Origin: Betaproteobacteria bacterium
GTDB taxonomy: Bacteria > Pseudomonadota > Gammaproteobacteria > Burkholderiales > SG8-39
NCBI GenBank assembly: GCA_052386675.1
Contig: JBQTJX010000018.1
Location: forward strand, 911 to 64,910
Direction: 5' to 3'
DNA: 64,000 bases
The notes beneath the pieces were generated by a model. That model was not told the DNA's origin and ran no database searches. It saw nothing but the letters and a program-made list of their open reading frames with translations. Of this stretch, positions 60,080 to 64,000 are shown one piece after another (the stretch's first letter is position 1; each line of letters opens with the position of its first letter). The translations under genes and the position numbers were made by a program.

Positions 60080-60964
60080 ATGCTTAAAGATTCCCCCCCG
60101 CAAGGGCTGTGGCAGGACGACCATTTCAACAGCCTCGTTCCCGAGACCCCGATCAACCGGCGCGGCTTCATCGCGGCGGCCATCGCCGCGGGCTTCGCCG
60201 TCACGGCCGAGCCGGTGCTCGGCCAGGCGATCAAGACGCCCATGGACGGGCTGGAAGGCGGAGATACAAAGGTCGGCGACATCCCGGCCTACTACGCGGT
60301 GAAAAAGGGCGGCGGCAAGCGGCCCGTGGTGCTCGTGATTCCGGAAATCTTCGGCATGCACGAGTACCAGAAGGACATCTGCCGGCGGCTGGCGAAGGCG
60401 GGCTATTTCGGCGTCTCGCTCGATCCGTTCTTCCGCTTCGGCGACCTGTCGAAAATGACCGAGATCAAACAGCTGGTCGGGCTGGCCAACCAGCTCACCG
60501 ACCAGCAGGCCTTCGCCGATCTCGACTCGGTGGTGGCCTGGACGGAGAAGCACAAGCGCGCCAACGCCGGCAAACTGGGCCTCACCGGCATGTGTCGCGG
60601 CGGCCGCATGGTGTGGATGTATACCGCGCACCAGAAGAAGATCAAGGCCGCGGTGTCCTGGTACGGCTCGTTGATGCCGATTCCGCCGGCCATGCCAACC
60701 GGACCGCTGGATGTCACCGACAAGATCCACGCGCCGGTGCTGGGCCTGTACGCCGGGGCCGACCAGGGCATCCCGCAGGAACACGTGGACCGCATGGTCG
60801 CGGGACTGCGCGCCTTCGAGCTGGACAAGCGCAACCCGATCCACGTCTACCCCGGCATGCCGCACGCCTTCCACGCCGACTACCGGCCGACCTACCGCAA
60901 GGAAGCGGCGGACGACGGCTGGAAGCGGATGCTGGCGTGGTTCAAGAAGCACGGGGTGGCCTAG
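60080..60964 (+). CDS. dienelactone hydrolase family protein with a Tat signal
   Basis: GAGGAG RBS. INRRGFIAAAIAAGFAVTA (twin-arginine), VVLVIPEIFGMHEY, GMCRGG. Confidence 0.85.
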   Translation: MLKDSPPQGLWQDDHFNSLVPETPINRRGFIAAAIAAGFAVTAEPVLGQAIKTPMDGLEGGDTKVGDIPAYYAVKKGGGKRPVVLVIPEIFGMHEYQKDICRRLAKAGYFGVSLDPFFRFGDLSKMTEIKQLVGLANQLTDQQAFADLDSVVAWTEKHKRANAGKLGLTGMCRGGRMVWMYTAHQKKIKAAVSWYGSLMPIPPAMPTGPLDVTDKIHAPVLGLYAGADQGIPQEHVDRMVAGLRAFELDKRNPIHVYPGMPHAFHADYRPTYRKEAADDGWKRMLAWFKKHGVA

Positions 60965-60976
60965 CCAGCAGGCCAG

Positions 60977-60998
60977 GATGTAACCGATCGGTTACATC
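60977..60998. promoter_or_regulatory. 22-bp perfect palindrome GATGTAACCGA/TCGGTTACATC
   Basis: Read directly. It lies 13 nt after the hydrolase stop and just before the terminator hairpin. Function unknown (protein-binding site or extra hairpin). Confidence 0.3.
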
Positions 60999-61000
60999 GG

Positions 61001-61034
61001 AAAAAGAAAAGGCCGCCCGCGGGCGGCCTTTTTC
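61001..61034. terminator. bidirectional intrinsic terminator
   Basis: AAAAAGAAAA-GGCCGCCCGCGGGCGGCC-TTTTT between convergent genes, with an A-run and a T-run flanking the GC stem. Confidence 0.85.
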
Positions 61035-61051
61035 ATGGCGCCGGACCCGGC

Positions 61052-62020
61052 TCAGTCGGCGTAGATGCCTGCCTTCCTGATGATCGGCCCCCACTTGTCG
61101 ATCTCCGACTTGACGTGCGCGGCGAGCGCCGCCGGATTGACCCGCTCCACCGGATAGGCGGTCGCGCCCAGGTCGGCGAAGCGCTGGTTCACGGTCGGGT
61201 CCTTCACCGCTTCCTGCAGCGCCGCGACCAACCTGTCAATCACCGGCTTGGGCGTGCCCTTGGGCGCATACAGCGCGTGCCAGATGCCGACCTCGAAGCC
61301 CCTGAGCCCCAGTTCCTGCAGCGTCGGGACCTCGGGCAGCGAAGGCACCCGCTTGGCCGAAGTCACCGCATAGACCTTTACCTTCCCCGCCTTGATCTGG
61401 TTGGTGGTGTTGGTGGTCTGGTCGCACATGAAGTCCACCGTCCCGCCCAGCAGGTCGTTCATCGCCGGCGCGGTTCCCTTGTACGGCACGGTCAGCACGT
61501 CGGTCTCGATGGCGCTCATGAACAGCATCCCGCACAGGTGCGAGGCGGCGCCAATGCCGGCATTGGCGTAGCTCACCTTGGCCTTGTTGGCTTTTATGTA
61601 GGCGAGGAACTCCTTGAAATCCCTGGCCGGGAAGTTCTGCCGCGCGATGAGCGTCATCGGCACGTCGTTGATCAGCCCGATGTACTCGTAGTCGGTGAGC
61701 GGGTTGAAGCGCAGCTGGCGGTACAACGCCGGCGTGGTCGCCATGCCGATGTGGTGGATCAGGATGGTGTAGCCGTCGGGCTTGGCGTTCTTCACCGCCT
61801 CGGGCGCGAGGATGCCGCCGGCGCTGGGACGATTCTCCACCACCACCGTCTGGCCCAGGGGCTTGGACATGGCCTGGGCGGTGACACGGGCGACGGTGTC
61901 GGTGGGTCCGCCAGCTGCGAACGGCACCAGCATGGAAACGTTGCGGGTCGGGTACTGCTGCGCCAGGGCGGCGCCGGATGCGAGCGCCAACAGCGCTGCG
62001 GCGAACAACTGCCTTTTCAT
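61052..62020 (-). CDS. tctC: Bug-family tripartite tricarboxylate transporter substrate-binding protein
   Basis: MKRQLFAAALLALASGAALAQQYPTRNVSMLVPFAAGGPTD..., 322 aa. The upstream part of track ORF 61052..62440 is unrelated read-through. Confidence 0.88.
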   Translation of the reverse strand: MKRQLFAAALLALASGAALAQQYPTRNVSMLVPFAAGGPTDTVARVTAQAMSKPLGQTVVVENRPSAGGILAPEAVKNAKPDGYTILIHHIGMATTPALYRQLRFNPLTDYEYIGLINDVPMTLIARQNFPARDFKEFLAYIKANKAKVSYANAGIGAASHLCGMLFMSAIETDVLTVPYKGTAPAMNDLLGGTVDFMCDQTTNTTNQIKAGKVKVYAVTSAKRVPSLPEVPTLQELGLRGFEVGIWHALYAPKGTPKPVIDRLVAALQEAVKDPTVNQRFADLGATAYPVERVNPAALAAHVKSEIDKWGPIIRKAGIYAD

Positions 62021-62185
62021 GATCAACTGCACTCCTGGTTGGATGGATGAAGGAATGGGACGGTGGCGCGCCCGGCGGGATGAATCTGGGCACTGGTGCG
62101 AGATTCTATCAGTCGAGTAGCCGATTGAAACGCTAGGAGAAATCATCCACCCCGCGCGCGTCCGTGGCCGCCGTGCGCTGCGGGG

Positions 62186-62302
62186 CAGGCGCGCGAGGAT
62201 TGCTCGCACCAACGCGGGGTCCTCGATCAGCGCAATCACCCTCATCAGGCCATGGCACTTGGGACACATGAGCGGGTCAGCTTCGTAGACTTTGCGGATC
62301 AG
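62186..62302 (-). pseudogene. remnant of an IS91-family transposase C-terminus (~39 codons)
   Basis: LIRKVYEADPLMCPKCHGLMRVIALIEDPALVRAILARL aligns with LIRKVYEVDPLECPKCGAQMRVIALIEDPAVIERILTWL of the intact copy at 62556..63827. Nothing N-terminal to it is conserved. Confidence 0.75.
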
Positions 62303-62555
62303 CCGCGTCCCGGGGAAGGGAGTGGCCCTGTCTTCCCTCCTGGCGCCGATTCGGCGTTCGCCCGCATCCTGGCGCTGGATTACGCGCGCGTCGCAGGCGA
62401 CACGGCGCTTGCCGCCGCGATCGAGAGCACGCTGGTTCACGTAGCCCTCGTTGCTTTAACGCGGGTGCCGCTCATCGCGTTGACTGCGGGACCGCCATGT
62501 CATCTGGCAAGGGCCGGCATTCGTCCACGGCAATGGGCCCGGCGTTGGTCGGTGG

Positions 62556-63827
62556 ATGCAAGCCGATCGCCCGGCGATCTATCGTCCGCGCAGGCCGCAC
62601 GCAAGCCCGCTGTGGCAGTGCGTGCGCCGGCACCTGCCGGAGCTGCGCGCCTGCGGCCGCGTGCGGCGCGCCGTCGAGAAGAACGTGCTCGAGCGCTTTC
62701 TCGATTGCGGCGACCCGCACCGGGGCTTCGCGCGCATCCGCTGCGCGGGGTGCGGCCACGACCTGCTGCTCGCTTTTTCCTGCAAGACGCGCTACTTCTG
62801 CCCGAGCTGCCACCAGAAGCGCGTCCTCGCCTGGGGCGACTGGGTCGAGCAGTTCGTGCTGCGGCCCGTGGCGCACCGGCAGTACGTCTTCACCGTGCCG
62901 AAACTGATCCGGCCGTTCTTCGCCTACCGGCGGTCACTGCTTGGCGAGCTCTGCCGCATCGTGGCGCGCTCGCTCACCGAGGCCTACCGTGTCGCCTATC
63001 CGCGCGGGTGCCCGGGATTCATCCTGTTCGTGCAGACCTTCGGCGACCTGGTCAACTTCAACCCCCACGTCCATGCGCTCGTCGCGGACGGCGTCTTCGA
63101 ACCTTCCGGTCGGTTCCTGCCGCTGCCGCCGGTGCCCGAGGCGCTGCTCGCCGAGCGGCTGCGCCGAGATGTGCTCGGCCTCCTCGTTCGAAGGGAAGCG
63201 ATTCCTGCGCCTCTCGCCGCGCAGATGCTCAACTGGCGCCACAGCGGCTTCAGCGTCCACAACCGCGTTCGCGTCGCAGCGGGCGACGCCGAGGGCCGAA
63301 AGAGCCTCGCGGGCTACATGCTTCGGGCGCCGTTCTCCCTGGAGAAGATGTCCTACGACGCGGCCAGGGGCGCCGTGATCTACCGCAGCGGGCTGCACGC
63401 GACTCTGAAGCGCAACTTCCAGGCAATGCCCGGCGTGCAGTGGCTGGAGCTGCTCTGCAAGCACATCCCGGACAGGAACGAGCACATGGTGCGCTACTAC
63501 GGGCGCTATTCCAGCCGCACGCGAGGCGCGGAGCGCGAGCCCCCCGAACTGGAGGCCTCCGACACTGAAGTTCAAAGCCCGGCGCGCCAGGCCGCCAAAG
63601 CTGCCTGGGCCAAGCTGATCCGCAAGGTCTACGAGGTCGACCCGCTCGAGTGCCCCAAGTGCGGCGCGCAGATGCGCGTCATCGCCCTCATCGAGGACCC
63701 GGCCGTCATCGAGCGCATCCTCACTTGGCTTGGCCTCTGGGAGCCGCGACAGCCCGGCGGGCCTTCACCGCCGACCGATCCCCCGAGCCTCCCGTTCAGC
63801 TATCACCCCGTCCCCGACATCGCCTGA
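62556..63827 (+). CDS. tnpA: IS91-family (Y2 HUH, rolling-circle) transposase
   Basis: N-terminal Zn-finger region RCAGCGHDLLLAFSCKTRYFCPSCHQKR, FNPHVHALVADGVF (HUH-like), YYGRYSSRTRG, C-terminal CPKCGAQMRVIALIED. Confidence 0.88.
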   Translation: MQADRPAIYRPRRPHASPLWQCVRRHLPELRACGRVRRAVEKNVLERFLDCGDPHRGFARIRCAGCGHDLLLAFSCKTRYFCPSCHQKRVLAWGDWVEQFVLRPVAHRQYVFTVPKLIRPFFAYRRSLLGELCRIVARSLTEAYRVAYPRGCPGFILFVQTFGDLVNFNPHVHALVADGVFEPSGRFLPLPPVPEALLAERLRRDVLGLLVRREAIPAPLAAQMLNWRHSGFSVHNRVRVAAGDAEGRKSLAGYMLRAPFSLEKMSYDAARGAVIYRSGLHATLKRNFQAMPGVQWLELLCKHIPDRNEHMVRYYGRYSSRTRGAEREPPELEASDTEVQSPARQAAKAAWAKLIRKVYEVDPLECPKCGAQMRVIALIEDPAVIERILTWLGLWEPRQPGGPSPPTDPPSLPFSYHPVPDIA

Positions 63828-63860
63828 GCCCGCTCCAACCGGCGCTCGCTGTCTACGCTT

Positions 63861-63921
63861 TCTCTGAACTTGCCGAAACGCGCCGAAGGGGCGCAGTATT
63901 TGCCATAACGCCCCTTGCGCG
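63861..63921 (+). other. possible oriIS-like end region of the IS91-family element
   Basis: TCTCTGAACTTGCC resembles my recollection of the GTTTGAACTTCC oriIS core of IS91/ISCR elements. It is followed by the imperfect hairpin CGCGCCGAAGGGGCG ... CGCCCCTTGCGCG, about 35-95 nt after the tnpA stop. Confidence 0.25.
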
Positions 63922-64000
63922 AGCACCTTGGCGCCGAACGCATGACCGATTGTGGCACCCAACCGCTGCCTACCCGCCCGGATCCCGCCCCAGACGCTCG

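Larger units (their letters stand above)
62303..64000 (+). mobile_element. IS91-family insertion sequence (ends not defined; may run past the window end)
   Basis: Intact tnpA plus about 250 nt of 5' and at least 170 nt of 3' non-coding sequence. The left limit is set only by where the inverted remnant breaks off. Confidence 0.5.

Noticed and set aside
62252-63568. 438-aa plus-strand ORF overlapping the IS91 transposase
   Set aside because: It is an alternate frame of the real tnpA (62556..63827). It is Arg/Pro/Ala-rich and lacks the Zn-finger and HUH-type motifs found in the chosen frame.

Overview
High-GC, densely packed chromosomal window that looks betaproteobacterial (Burkholderiales/Rhodocyclales-like gene content, including two orphan Bug/TctC binding proteins). 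Hand counts gave about 70% G+C in one ahcY line. I support about 55 CDS and found no rRNA, tRNA or CRISPR. Many long ORFs in the track are antisense or alternate-frame artefacts of the GC bias. Most of the window is housekeeping: eutB (partial), an SAH riboswitch with ahcY and an MTHFR-like gene, ttcA, sugE, pteridine reductase, cca, slt, recQ, ilvA, uvrD, and the conserved leuS-lptE-holA-proA-nadD-rsfS-rlmH-maf-rng block. Accessory or unusual content: (1) An 11.8 kb tandem array of three paralogous giant secreted proteins (1171, 1466 and 1259 aa) at 6237..18028. Each has an MshQ/DUF6701-like C-terminal body, a swapped PA14, LamG or absent cassette, and a duplicated uncharacterised N-terminal module. 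The array shows a clear mosaic gene-conversion pattern and has no pilus genes nearby. This is my best candidate for an undescribed system. (2) A low-GC (50-52% by hand count) single-gene island at about 790..3700 carrying a HelD-type helicase with a nuclease-like insert and a topoisomerase-type Zn ribbon. (3) A Cro/YdaS-like HTH segment in frame with a class V aminotransferase, with a palindrome just upstream. (4) A vapBC pair. (5) An IS91-family transposase next to an inverted remnant of a second copy. (6) A two-copy REP-like palindromic terminator element. (7) c-di-GMP-related genes: a GGDEF-hemerythrin cyclase and a possible PilZ-like protein. All family assignments come from reading the translations and recalling motifs; no database search was run.
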